This document shows, piece by piece, positions 26,386 through 35,320 of a stretch of DNA of 64,000 bases (its first letter is position 1; each line of letters starts with the position of its first letter). The position numbers were made by a program, and so were the translations under genes. Where the stretch lies: IMG/VR virus record IMGVR_UViG_3300005937_000010, positions 1-64,000 of that record; one strand, written 5' to 3'. The notes under the pieces were generated by a model that was given only the letters and a program-made list of their open reading frames with translations, was not told where the DNA came from and did no database searches. The DNA is from a virus (taxonomy: Duplodnaviria > Caudoviricetes).

Positions 26386-29300
26386 ATGTCGCACGAGCCT
26401 TACACCACCACCACGAGCCAGCGCGTCTACGCCAGCATGACGGAGCGCCGCGAGCGGTACGCCAGCCTGGAGCGGCTGCCGTCCACGCCGGACACCACGT
26501 GGAACGTGGCGCGCTGCCAGGACACGCACTGCCACGTCCTCTACGTGTGGCCTCGCGGCCTCGCCAGCCTGGAGGACGGAGCCACGCTCCGGTGCGTCCG
26601 CTGCGGCGCTCCGCTGGCGCGGACTACCCGCGAGGCACGCGGAGCCTGGAGCCTCTACCCGCTGGAGGACTTGGCAGCCGCGTACGGCCGTGCCCTGGAG
26701 CGCCAGGACGCCGCTGCGGCCTCGGACGCGGAGTACCTCGCGGCGCTGGAGGCCAGCGGCACCACGAGCGCGGACGGACTGGCGTACGCCAGGCAACTGC
26801 GGACGGAGACTCGCGCCACGATGCGCAAGCCGCTGGAGGCCAAGCTCCGCAAGCTCCGCAAGGCAATGGCTGCGGAGGCTGCCAAGCTCGCGGAGGCCGC
26901 TGCCGTCCGCGAGGCCGTGGACGCGGAGACGGACGCGGAGTACGTGGCCATGGCCTCCACGATGCGGCTGCCGCAGCCGGAGGCCACGGAGCCGGAGCAC
27001 CACACGGACGCGGAGCCTGCCACGCCAGCGCAAGCCGTTCTACTGGCTGCCCTGGAGGCTGGCACTGCCAAGCTCGTGCCGTCCACGGAGGCCGTGGAGG
27101 CTGCGAAGGCTGCCGCTGCGGAGACGGCTGCCAAGCTCCGCGCGGAGCACGAGGCCGCGAGGACGGAGCGCGTCCACGCCTCGGATGCCTACCGCGCGTC
27201 CAGGACGCCGGAGGACGATGCCAAGACACTGGAGCGCGTCCAGGCTGCGGACTACGCGCTGCGGCAGACACGCGCTGCCCTGGAGGCCGCTGGCGTCCTG
27301 CCGCAGCCGCGCGTCCACACGTACGCCAGCACGTCCGAGGCGTACAACCGCAGCCAGTGCGACGATGCCGTACAGGACGGAGACGTGCTCCGCGTGCCGT
27401 CCGAGGACGCTGCGGCCGTCATGGTGTCCGCGTGGCCAACCGCTGCCACGGAGGCCACCGCTGGCGAGGCTTTCCACGTGCTCGCGGATGGCGAGGACTG
27501 GAGCGCGCTGCCTGCCGTCCTGGACGGAGGCCGCACGGACTACGCGGAGTCCGCTGCCGTCATGGCTGCGGAGCTTGCGGAGGACGCCACGCTGCGGACG
27601 CTGGCTGCGGACTTGGCAGCCAAGCCGCTGGAGGCCAGCGCGCTCGTGGCTCCGGAGGACGTGCCTACGCTGGCTGCCAAGCTCGTGCCTGGCGTGCTCG
27701 TGGAGCACGTGGAGTCCGGAGCGCGTGGCACGGTGGCAGGCACGCCAGCGCCGCAGCGGAGCGCTGGCAATGCGCTCTATGTCCGCGTCCGCTGGCAGCA
27801 CGAGTATGCGCGCGAGGCTGGCGCGCTCGTGGCCATCCGGAGGCTCCGCATCGTGGAGGACGGCTCCAGCACTGCCAAGCTCGTGGAGCCGCAGCCGGAG
27901 GCTCCGCAGCCGGAGGCCGTAGAGTCCGTCCGCGTCTACGCGGAGGCTGCGGAGCGCCGCGAGGCACGCGCGGCCGTCTACGGCACGGAGGCCACGGAGG
28001 ACGTGCTGCCGCTCGCGCATGCCATGGCTGCGGCGTGGAGCCATGCTGGAGGCCAGCCGGAGGACATGCCATCGGACGCCGGAGCCGTGCTCCGCGCGCT
28101 GGACGCGCGCATGCTGGAGACGGCTGGACGGCTGCGGTACGCGCGCATGGCCACCGCTCGCGGAAACTTGGCAGCGTCCATGGACGCGCTGGAGGCCGCT
28201 CTAGCCTCCGCTCGCGCGTCCGAGGCTGGCAGCCTGGACGAGTCCTCGGAGGCCGTCACGGAGCCGCACACGGCCTCGGAGGCCATGCCAGCGCCAGGCT
28301 TGTCCGGACTTGGCTGGACGGAGCTTGCGGACGGAGACGAGGACGCGGAGCGCTGCCGTGGCTGCGGCTGCCGCGCGGACTGGCACGATGCCATGGACGG
28401 AGCGTGTCCGGAGGACACGGAGGCTCCGCATCCGTACAGCATGGCAGCGGATGCCCTGGAGGACGAGGACACGCCGGAGGCCGTGGAGACTGCCAAGCTC
28501 CACGCGCTGGCAGCCGCAGCCGTGGAGGCCACGGACTGGAGCATGTCCGCGCTGGAGGACGTGTCCGCGCTCGTGCTGGACTACCGCGAGGCCACCGCTG
28601 CCGCGTACGGAGCGGATGCGCGCGAGGCTGCCAAGCGGACGCGCGAGGCCATCCGGCACGCGCTGGCAGACATGGACGGAGCCACGTACGCGCTCGTGCC
28701 GGACGCCACGCTGCGGCTGGCTGGCATGCCCTACGTGGAGCGCCAGTGCTCCGGCACGGAGGACGGCTGGCTGTACTACGTGCTCCAGGACGCGGAGCGC
28801 GTGGAGGACGCCGGAGGCTGGACGGACGCGGAGCCTGCCTGGCTGGAGGCTGCGGACTTGGCACGGCTGGCCATGCTGGACGATGCGGAGCGCCACGCGG
28901 TGGACGCGCTGCGCAGTGCCATGCAAGGCAGCGCGGAGGACGCATACGGCCTCGCCATCCTCGTGCTGGAGCCGTCCGGCTGGCACGTCCTGGAGTACCG
29001 CGAGGCCACGGCCTCGGACGGCTGGACGCCGGAGCGGATGCGCACGAGCGCACTCGTGGAATACGCGGAGCACGCTGCCAAGCTCGTGGACGTGGACGGC
29101 CTCGTGTGGACGCTGGCAGGCTCCGAGGACGTGCCAGCGCGCTCCGCTGCCCTGGCCACCGTGGACGCGCTGGAGGCCACCGCTGCCAAGCTCGCGGACT
29201 GCGAGGCCGTGTGCCAGCGGCTCCGCGTGGAGCTTGCGGACATGGCCAGCCGGACGCTGCCGGACTTCCGGAGCGCGGACGGCTCCGCGCTCGTGTGCCT

Positions 29301-29532
29301 GCCTGGCGCAGTGCTGCCGGACGGCCGTGGCTCCGTGGTGGTGGCTGCCAGCGCGTCCAGCGCGCACGTATGGCACGTCCTGGCCATGCGTCCAGGCTGG
29401 CACGCTGCGGACACGTACTACGTGGCCACGTACGCGCGGCCGTCCTCGTGTGACACGCCGCAGCGCACGGCTTGGCATGACACGCTCGCGGCTGCGCTGG
29501 CAGACTACGCCAGCCGGACGGAGGCCGTCTAA
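26386..29532 (+). CDS. Large Ala/Glu-rich multidomain early protein (1048 aa)
   Basis: CCCGAACC...GGAG leader before ATG 26386; consistent codon usage; TAATG coupling to the next gene. Contains Cys clusters and an STSEAYNRSQCDDAVQDGDVLRV...AWPTA...FH domain. Confidence 0.75.
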   Translation: MSHEPYTTTTSQRVYASMTERRERYASLERLPSTPDTTWNVARCQDTHCHVLYVWPRGLASLEDGATLRCVRCGAPLARTTREARGAWSLYPLEDLAAAYGRALERQDAAAASDAEYLAALEASGTTSADGLAYARQLRTETRATMRKPLEAKLRKLRKAMAAEAAKLAEAAAVREAVDAETDAEYVAMASTMRLPQPEATEPEHHTDAEPATPAQAVLLAALEAGTAKLVPSTEAVEAAKAAAAETAAKLRAEHEAARTERVHASDAYRASRTPEDDAKTLERVQAADYALRQTRAALEAAGVLPQPRVHTYASTSEAYNRSQCDDAVQDGDVLRVPSEDAAAVMVSAWPTAATEATAGEAFHVLADGEDWSALPAVLDGGRTDYAESAAVMAAELAEDATLRTLAADLAAKPLEASALVAPEDVPTLAAKLVPGVLVEHVESGARGTVAGTPAPQRSAGNALYVRVRWQHEYAREAGALVAIRRLRIVEDGSSTAKLVEPQPEAPQPEAVESVRVYAEAAERREARAAVYGTEATEDVLPLAHAMAAAWSHAGGQPEDMPSDAGAVLRALDARMLETAGRLRYARMATARGNLAASMDALEAALASARASEAGSLDESSEAVTEPHTASEAMPAPGLSGLGWTELADGDEDAERCRGCGCRADWHDAMDGACPEDTEAPHPYSMAADALEDEDTPEAVETAKLHALAAAAVEATDWSMSALEDVSALVLDYREATAAAYGADAREAAKRTREAIRHALADMDGATYALVPDATLRLAGMPYVERQCSGTEDGWLYYVLQDAERVEDAGGWTDAEPAWLEAADLARLAMLDDAERHAVDALRSAMQGSAEDAYGLAILVLEPSGWHVLEYREATASDGWTPERMRTSALVEYAEHAAKLVDVDGLVWTLAGSEDVPARSAALATVDALEATAAKLADCEAVCQRLRVELADMASRTLPDFRSADGSALVCLPGAVLPDGRGSVVVAASASSAHVWHVLAMRPGWHAADTYYVATYARPSSCDTPQRTAWHDTLAAALADYASRTEAV

Positions 29533-29684
29533 TGGCTGCCCTGGCTTGCGGCTTCGCTGCCGCTGCCATGGCCATGGCGTGCCTGGCCGCGAGCATGGAC
29601 GCCACGAGCCAGCTAGTGGCGCTCGTGCTGGCCATGCTCTACCTGGCGTGCTCCGTGCTCGCAGCCTGGAGCACGCGGCACTAG
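29532..29684 (+). CDS. 50-aa hydrophobic membrane peptide
   Basis: MAALACGFAAAAMAMACLAASMDATSQLVALVLAMLYLACSVLAAWSTRH; TAATG coupling. Confidence 0.5.
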   Translation: MAALACGFAAAAMAMACLAASMDATSQLVALVLAMLYLACSVLAAWSTRH

Positions 29685-30098
29685 CTGCCAAGCTCCGCGC
29701 GCAAGCTCGCGCGCTCCACGCTCTACCTGGACGGCCTCCACGCGGAGGCCGTCCGTGCGTCCGAGGCCGTGTGCGGCCTCGTGTGCCGCTGCCAAGCTCT
29801 AGGCAAGGCAAGCGGCCAGGCTCGTGCTGGCGTGGCCGCACGGAGCCAGCCACGGCCTCGCAGCGGCATGCCAGCCGGACGGCCTCCACCGTGCTGCGGC
29901 CTCCGGCGTCCAGGACGGCCGCAAGCTCGCGGACGCCGGACGCGCTGTAAGGCTCCAGGACGGCCGCTCGCGCGAGGCCATGCCAGGGCATGCCTGGCAG
30001 CCTCGGAGGCCGCGAGACGGCCGCACACGGCCTCGCAGCGGCGTGCTCGTGCCCTGGACGCTGGCACGTCCTGGCACGCGGCCTCGTGTCAAATAGAT

Positions 30099-30122
30099 GG
30101 ACGGCCGCTCGCGCGGCCGTCC
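30099..30122. terminator. Hairpin at the convergence of plus- and minus-strand genes
   Basis: GGACGGCCGC-TCGC-GCGGCCGTCC, a 10-bp stem with a GNRA loop on the minus strand. Confidence 0.55.
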
Positions 30123-30150
30123 AGGTAGTGCGTCTATGTCCGGCTGCGGA

Positions 30151-31104
30151 CTACAGCCGGAGGCCGTACGGCCGCAGTACCTCGCGGATGGCCTCCGCGA
30201 GCTTGTCTGCCTCCAGGTACGTGCCGTCCGTGTCCTGGCTGCGGAGCATGGTGCGGATGGCTCCGATGGCCTCCGCGTATCCGTAGCCACGGACGGCCTC
30301 GCACCACGAGGCCAGCGCGTCAAGCTCGCGGCGTGCTGCCTGGCGCTCCGCGAGCGGTAGCCTGGAGCGCGCTGCCGGATAGCCAGGCTTGGCATTGTTT
30401 CGGATGCGCTCCGGCACGTCCAGCGCGCGGCGCTCCAGCCGTGCGCTCCAGGCTGCGGATTCGGACACGTAGCCAGTGCTGGCCAGCGCGTACAGCGTGG
30501 AGTCCTGGCCACCATGCCAAGCCGCTGCGGAGGCCATAGCGTCCGCTGGCGTATAGACGTGGCTGGAGCACACTACCTCGCCTCCGTCCAGGCATAGCCA
30601 GCCGTCCGCGTAGACGGCAGCGCCGCACACGTCGCACGAGCTTGGCATGCCGTCCTCCGGCTCCGATACAAGCTCCGTCCAGTGCGCTCCGCTGCCATCC
30701 GTGCCGGACTTGCGGCCGTAGCCTCCGTCCATGTCCACGAGGTAAACGTCTACGCGCTGGCGCTCGTGCTCGCGGACTGCCTGGAATGCGTCCACGAGCC
30801 TGGAGTCTAGTGCCAAGCTCCAGTGCTCGCACCATGTCTCCAGCACGTCCGGAGCGCCACCGTGGAGCTTGCCTCCGTCCGCACGAGTGAATAGGACGGA
30901 CGCCACATGCTCGCGCAGCGCGTCCTCCACGTACTGGAGGCCGTCCGTAGTCAAGTCCTCATCTAGCAGGACGCCACATTCGTCGCAGTGTGATGGCGAG
31001 TCCGTCTCGCCTCCGATGGTAGGACTGGCGTCCTCCGGAGCGCAGTCCTCGCACCATAGGCAGGCAGCCTCCGGAGCGTAGTACGGAGTCCGTGCGTCCA
31101 TCAC
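30151..31104 (-). CDS. Early hypothetical multidomain protein
   Basis: CxxC...ETDSPSHCDECG...LTTDGLQYV module plus an AAAWHGGQDSTLYALASTG module; GGAGG RBS. Confidence 0.7.
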   Translation of the reverse strand: MMDARTPYYAPEAACLWCEDCAPEDASPTIGGETDSPSHCDECGVLLDEDLTTDGLQYVEDALREHVASVLFTRADGGKLHGGAPDVLETWCEHWSLALDSRLVDAFQAVREHERQRVDVYLVDMDGGYGRKSGTDGSGAHWTELVSEPEDGMPSSCDVCGAAVYADGWLCLDGGEVVCSSHVYTPADAMASAAAWHGGQDSTLYALASTGYVSESAAWSARLERRALDVPERIRNNAKPGYPAARSRLPLAERQAARRELDALASWCEAVRGYGYAEAIGAIRTMLRSQDTDGTYLEADKLAEAIREVLRPYGLRL

Positions 31105-32048
31105 GCTACCTCCGTCCGCACGAGCTTGGCACGAGCGGCCACGGCCTCGGACACTGCCTCGGACACGAGTCCGTAGTCTGACACGATGGCGTCTAGCTGG
31201 CGCTCCACGGACTCCGCACGGCTGGACGTGTCAAGCTCGCAGCCTCCGATAGAGGACGTGCCAAGCTCCACGCCAGCCGCGTACGCGGTGGCCACCACGT
31301 AGACGGCCTCGCGGCCGTGGATGGCAGTCCGCAAGTCCGCAGCCACGTACTGCCGCGCGAGGCAGTCTGCCTCGTGCCTGGCGTAGCCAAGCTTGCGGAG
31401 GCCAGCCACGTGCTCGCGGTACGGCATGTCCGGCACAAAGTAGGCATACGTGCCACGCTCGCGCGGCTCCGGCAGTGCCACCGCATCCGGCGTCCAGCCG
31501 TTTTGAAACTTGCCACGAGTCCAGTAGTCCGGATCGTAGTCCGCACGAGCCACCACGGAGACGGAGTAGCCACGCTCCACGAGCTTGGCAGTCCAGCCGT
31601 AGCCGTCCTCCGTCCAGTCCAGTGCCGGAGCCGGAGCCTGGCTGGCGTAGTGCCAAGCCGTGGACGCCGGATACCGCTCGTGCTCCGTGCGAAGCTTGCG
31701 GTACCGCTCGCGGCGTGCCTCGTGCTCCGCAGCCTTGCGCTCCAACCGCAGCCGCTTGCGCTCCGCGCGCTGCCAAGCCTGGACTTGTGCCAGCGTCCAC
31801 GCGGACGGCTCCAGCACGAGGCTGCCAGAATCGTCCAGCCGGACGCTGCCGATTGCCTCGCCACCGTAGCCAGCACTGCCGCGCGTGGCCACGAGCCGGA
31901 CGGCATCGCTGCCGTCCGCGTCCACGTGTGCCGTGGCCTCCGTGCCTACGTGCCAGCCACGGACGTGGCAGGTTACTCCGCTCCAGGCAGTACCGCAGCG
32001 CGTGGCCTCGCCACGGCTGCCCTGGAGACTGCCGTAAAAGTGTGACAT
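31101..32048 (-). CDS. Early hypothetical protein
   Basis: N-terminal SHFYGSLQGSRGEATRCGT...RGWHVG module resembles small phage early proteins; GGAGG RBS. Confidence 0.7.
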   Translation of the reverse strand: MSHFYGSLQGSRGEATRCGTAWSGVTCHVRGWHVGTEATAHVDADGSDAVRLVATRGSAGYGGEAIGSVRLDDSGSLVLEPSAWTLAQVQAWQRAERKRLRLERKAAEHEARRERYRKLRTEHERYPASTAWHYASQAPAPALDWTEDGYGWTAKLVERGYSVSVVARADYDPDYWTRGKFQNGWTPDAVALPEPRERGTYAYFVPDMPYREHVAGLRKLGYARHEADCLARQYVAADLRTAIHGREAVYVVATAYAAGVELGTSSIGGCELDTSSRAESVERQLDAIVSDYGLVSEAVSEAVAARAKLVRTEVA

Positions 32049-32228
32049 GTCCTCTACCTCCAGTCCTTTTCAAGTCTTGGCATGGAGCCAGCCGGACGCC
32101 GGATAGGCTCCGTGCTGGCGTCAAGCTCGCGGCCGTGGCGTACGTGGAGCGCCACGCTCGTGCGTGCTGGCTTGGCAGCCAGCGCCGCGCGTAGTGCGTC
32201 CTCGCGCGTGGCGTAGACGGCAGCCACG

Positions 32229-32432
32229 CTAGACACGGACGGACTCCGGCAGCACGATGGCTCGTGCTGCCTCCGCTGCCGCGTAGAGCTTGGCAGCCAT
32301 CGGACTCGTGGTGTCCTCGGACGCGCGCAGCGTGTCCTCCACGAGCCATACAGTGCGGAGCCGTCCAGTCCGGACGGACTCCACGCGCTGGCGCTCCGTG
32401 GCGCTGGCGCTGGACTTGCGATTACTTGGCAT
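32229..32432 (-). CDS. Small hypothetical protein (MPSNRKSSAS...)
   Basis: CCCGAACC-TACGGAGG leader before ATG 32432. Confidence 0.5.
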   Translation of the reverse strand: MPSNRKSSASATERQRVESVRTGRLRTVWLVEDTLRASEDTTSPMAAKLYAAAEAARAIVLPESVRV

Positions 32433-32891
32433 GTCTGCCTCCGTAGGTTCGGGTGGAGCCTCGCAAGCCGCGAGGCACTGCCAAGATAGCACACGGCTGC
32501 GGCTGTCTGCCAAGTCCTCGCGCGAGGCTGCCTGCCAAGCTCGTGCTACGCTCGCAGCCTTGCCAGCTAGACGGAGGTAGACATGCCAGGACGGTAGTCC
32601 GCTGGACATAGACGGAGCACGCCACACGAGCACGGCCGCGAGGCCGTGCGGCTTGGCATGCTCGCGGACTGCCTGGCGCGCTGGCGTGCCTGGCTGCCTC
32701 CGGCTGCCTCCAGGACGGCCGCTCCGGCGTGCCTCCAGGACGGAGGACGGACGGCCGCTCCGAGGACGTGGAGCGGCCGTCCAGCGCCGCGCGCTCCGAG
32801 GACGTGGAGCGCCGCAGCGGCGTGCTCGCGGCTGCCATGCCACGAGCCGCGAGCGGTAGCCAGCCTACCAAGTTAGTGGCCACTAACATGT

Positions 32892-32917
32892 GACAAGCCG
32901 CCCGAAGGCGGCTTGTC
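32892..32917 (-). terminator. Hairpin with C(UUCG)G tetraloop
   Basis: GACAAGCCGCC-TTCG-GGCGGCTTGTC, 11-bp stem, downstream of 32952-33197. Confidence 0.65.
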
Positions 32918-32951
32918 CTGGCACGGCGACATCGGTCAAACTTGCCTGGCA

Positions 32952-33197
32952 TCACACGGCTGCCAAGCTTGGCTCGTACGCGGCATCGAACATGTTTGGC
33001 ACGTCCAGGACGGCGAACGGATGCCGGAAGCATTCCAGCGCTCCGGCGCGCGTCGTGGCGTAGAGCGTGTGGATGAGGACTCCGTGCCAGTCCAGGACGT
33101 GGACTTCGTAGCCATCGTCCACGCCACCCATGTAGAGCACCACGCTGCCGCCGTTGCCAGGGATCGTCCTCGCGTCTACCTCGATTCTCTGTGTCAT
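32952..33197 (-). CDS. Early hypothetical protein
   Basis: A-rich leader, CCCGAACCGAACC and GGAGG RBS; ends with FRHPFA. Confidence 0.7.
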   Translation of the reverse strand: MTQRIEVDARTIPGNGGSVVLYMGGVDDGYEVHVLDWHGVLIHTLYATTRAGALECFRHPFAVLDVPNMFDAAYEPSLAAV

Positions 33198-33257
33198 AGC
33201 TACCTCCGGTTCGGTTCGGGAATCGGCGTTGTTTTTGTTTTCGTTTTTGCTTTTGCT

Positions 33258-33467
33258 TTACGGCTTGGCAGGAAACACGTCCAGGACTTTTCCGTGGTAA
33301 TCAATCCGGAACATGTCCTCCTGCATATTCGTGGCCGCGAATGTCACGCGGCACGGAGCTTGGCACGTGTGCGGGCTGTCGCCAGCCTGCGCGAGCACGG
33401 CGGTGTAGAGCACGGCCGCAACGATGCCAAGCACGAGGCTGGCTGCTAGCGTGGCTGCGAGCTTCAC
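33258..33467 (-). CDS. Small secreted/membrane-anchored protein
   Basis: GTGA-coupled start; signal-like hydrophobic N-terminus. Confidence 0.55.
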   Translation of the reverse strand: MKLAATLAASLVLGIVAAVLYTAVLAQAGDSPHTCQAPCRVTFAATNMQEDMFRIDYHGKVLDVFPAKP

Positions 33468-33796
33468 GAGTAGAACCGTCCCATCACGACGCGCTCCGCG
33501 TCCACCGTGCCGTCGTCCTCGCGCACGTAGCGGATGAGCCACCCGGAGAAAAACGTGTCCGACATGTAGCCGTCCCACACTGCCAAGGGCGAGTCCTCCG
33601 GGCCAGTCCAGCGGGTGAACTCGTCCAGCGGCACGAGGCTGCCCTTGTACCGCACGAAGCTGGCGCTATCGCGCCCGTCCTCGATAGCTTGCCAGTCCAG
33701 GTAATCGAAGTCCTCGCGCTCCGCGAGCGTAAGCTCGTGCGCCTCCACCACGTCGCGCGGCACGTTGTTCGTGATGATCGTAAGCTTGTCATCCAT
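33464..33796 (-). CDS. Early hypothetical protein (IITNNVPR...FDYLDW...FVRYKG...WDGYMSDTFFSG)
   Basis: CCCGAACC-TGGAGG leader before ATG 33796; the motif pattern recalls actinophage hypothetical proteins. Confidence 0.7.
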   Translation of the reverse strand: MDDKLTIITNNVPRDVVEAHELTLAEREDFDYLDWQAIEDGRDSASFVRYKGSLVPLDEFTRWTGPEDSPLAVWDGYMSDTFFSGWLIRYVREDDGTVDAERVVMGRFYS

Positions 33797-33850
33797 GGCT
33801 ACCTCCAGGTTCGGGAAAGGGCAGTGTAGCAGCTTGGCAGTAGAACGCAA

Positions 33851-33872
33851 GACGGCCGCTTGCGCGGCCGTC
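33851..33872 (-). terminator. Hairpin GACGGCCGC-GCAA-GCGGCCGTC
   Basis: 9-bp stem with a GNRA loop; same stem sequence as 30099-30122. Confidence 0.55.
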
Positions 33873-33883
33873 CCGTCGTCCTG

Positions 33884-33958
33884 CTAGACGTAGTAGAGCT
33901 TGGCAAGGACGAAGATGATCGTCACCGTCCAGCCGCATACCAGCCAAGCCGTCCTCAC
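33884..33958 (-). CDS. 24-aa hydrophobic peptide (MRTAWLVCGWTVTIIFVLAKLYYV)
   Basis: GTGA overlap with the DUF932 stop; ends just before a hairpin. Confidence 0.4.
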   Translation of the reverse strand: MRTAWLVCGWTVTIIFVLAKLYYV

Positions 33959-34989
33959 GCGGCCACTACCTCGCGGATCGTCTTCACGAGGTTCGCCTTG
34001 GCAGGATTGTCCGTGAGAAGCGTCCGCTTCACGTAGGAGTCCTGCGAGCGGTACGCGCGGAGATGATCGAAATACTCCACGCCAGCCAGGTGGAGGCCGT
34101 AGCCGGTCAGGACGTGCCCTTCGGGGATCGTCTGTCCCATGAAAAGCGCGTTGACCTTGGCACGCTCCGCCTCGATATTGGACTTGACACGATCCGTCGT
34201 GGCGGGCGAGTTGGACAGCGCGCCGTCCTTGTCACCGATGATCGTGGACACGAACAAATCGCGCTGCGACGGCGTGACAGGCATCTTGCACAGAGCCAGC
34301 ATGGCCTCGCGGTACACGTCCACCTGCTCGCGCGTGCCCTTGACGACGGCCTTGGCATCCTCGATGCGGTCGTGGACATTCTTCGTGTGCCGGAACGTGA
34401 AGTTCGTGCCAAGCGCCTTGCCCTCTGCCTCGGAGGCCGCGACGGTGTTCGCACAGACCTGGCGAATCGTGCCGGAGCGGACGCGGAGGCTGGACGTGCC
34501 ATCGTGGCTCCAGGACAGGCAGCCGAAGGGCAGGATCGTGGAGTCCTCGCCAGGCAGCGTGATCGGTTCGTCCAGCATGAGCGTCAGGGCGCACACGCGG
34601 CCTTCGTCCAGCGTGATGCCCGTCTCATACTGGAAGCCTTGATCGAACAGTAGCTCCGCGACATCGTAGGCCACGTCGTTTTGGATGACCTCGTACGTGT
34701 CCTTGACGACGTTGAGGATGTCGCCGCTCGTGGAGTGGATGAGCGCCTTCCAGCCGTCCGCGCGCTTGCCACCGTAGAGCGTGCCGTCCTCGGAGACGAC
34801 GGTCGGCCGGTTCTCTGCCAAGTCCTCGCGGGCCTTGCCCTGGACGACGATGGCCGTCTCGCCAACGCGGAAGTCGTGGCCTGCGAGGCGCATGGCCTCC
34901 TCGCGGCCGGGATAGTCGTCCAGGACGATGCCCTGGCCGTGCCAGGCAGGCTCGCGGACGAAGAAACCTTGATCGAATAGTGCGGGCAT
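33955..34989 (-). CDS. DUF932-family phage/plasmid protein
   Basis: FFVREPAWHGQG, YEVIQN, YETGITLDEG, SHDGTSS...IRQVCANT, FRHT motifs; start ATG 34989. Confidence 0.85.
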   Translation of the reverse strand: MPALFDQGFFVREPAWHGQGIVLDDYPGREEAMRLAGHDFRVGETAIVVQGKAREDLAENRPTVVSEDGTLYGGKRADGWKALIHSTSGDILNVVKDTYEVIQNDVAYDVAELLFDQGFQYETGITLDEGRVCALTLMLDEPITLPGEDSTILPFGCLSWSHDGTSSLRVRSGTIRQVCANTVAASEAEGKALGTNFTFRHTKNVHDRIEDAKAVVKGTREQVDVYREAMLALCKMPVTPSQRDLFVSTIIGDKDGALSNSPATTDRVKSNIEAERAKVNALFMGQTIPEGHVLTGYGLHLAGVEYFDHLRAYRSQDSYVKRTLLTDNPAKANLVKTIREVVAA

Positions 34990-35027
34990 GGCGTACCTCC
35001 TAGTTCGGATTGATTCGGGCAAGCACC

Positions 35028-35056
35028 ACGGTACAGATAGTCCTATCGGATGTCAA
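35028..35056 (-). promoter_or_regulatory. Sigma70/SigA-type promoter
   Basis: TTGACA-N17-TACCGT, upstream of the DUF932 gene. Confidence 0.75.
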
Positions 35057-35078
35057 GGTTAGGATTATCTAAACACGA

Positions 35079-35098
35079 AGGCCGGGTTTCCCCGGCCT
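35079..35098 (-). terminator. Hairpin AGGCCGGG-GAAA-CCCGGCCT followed by TCGTGTTT
   Basis: 8-bp stem with a GNRA loop, between two minus-strand transcription units. Confidence 0.6.
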
Positions 35099-35125
35099 CC
35101 GTCGTCCGTAGCTTGGCAGGCTTGT

Positions 35126-35320
35126 CTACTCGGTGACTACCTCGTATGTCTTGCGGTCGTCTCCGTCCGGTAGAGCCTGGAGCGCCTTGGCAGGTACCTC
35201 GCGCACGTAGCCGAAGGCATCCCTGACTTCCGCCTTCCGCCCGGTGCGCGAGAGCACGGTGACAAGCTCGCCGTCCAGCATGGCACGCTCGCGCTTAGCC
35301 TTTTCCATGCTTGCCTCCAT
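35126..35320 (-). CDS. Small beta-barrel (SH3/KOW-like) protein
   Basis: GELVTVLSRTGRKAEVRDAFGYVREVPAKAL. Confidence 0.55.
   Translation of the reverse strand: MEASMEKAKRERAMLDGELVTVLSRTGRKAEVRDAFGYVREVPAKALQALPDGDDRKTYEVVTE

Noticed and set aside
25245-29453. 1402-aa plus-strand ORF and other long overlapping ORFs in 26-32 kb
   Set aside because: These are shadow frames. They have no RBS, their Arg/Gly/Pro-rich composition is typical of off-frame GC DNA, and they are explained by the local scarcity of stop triplets. The 26386-29532 frame has the leader and the coupling.
30087-30092. TTGACA as a leftward promoter antisense to the large early gene
   Set aside because: There is no recognisable -10 at 16-19 bp spacing.
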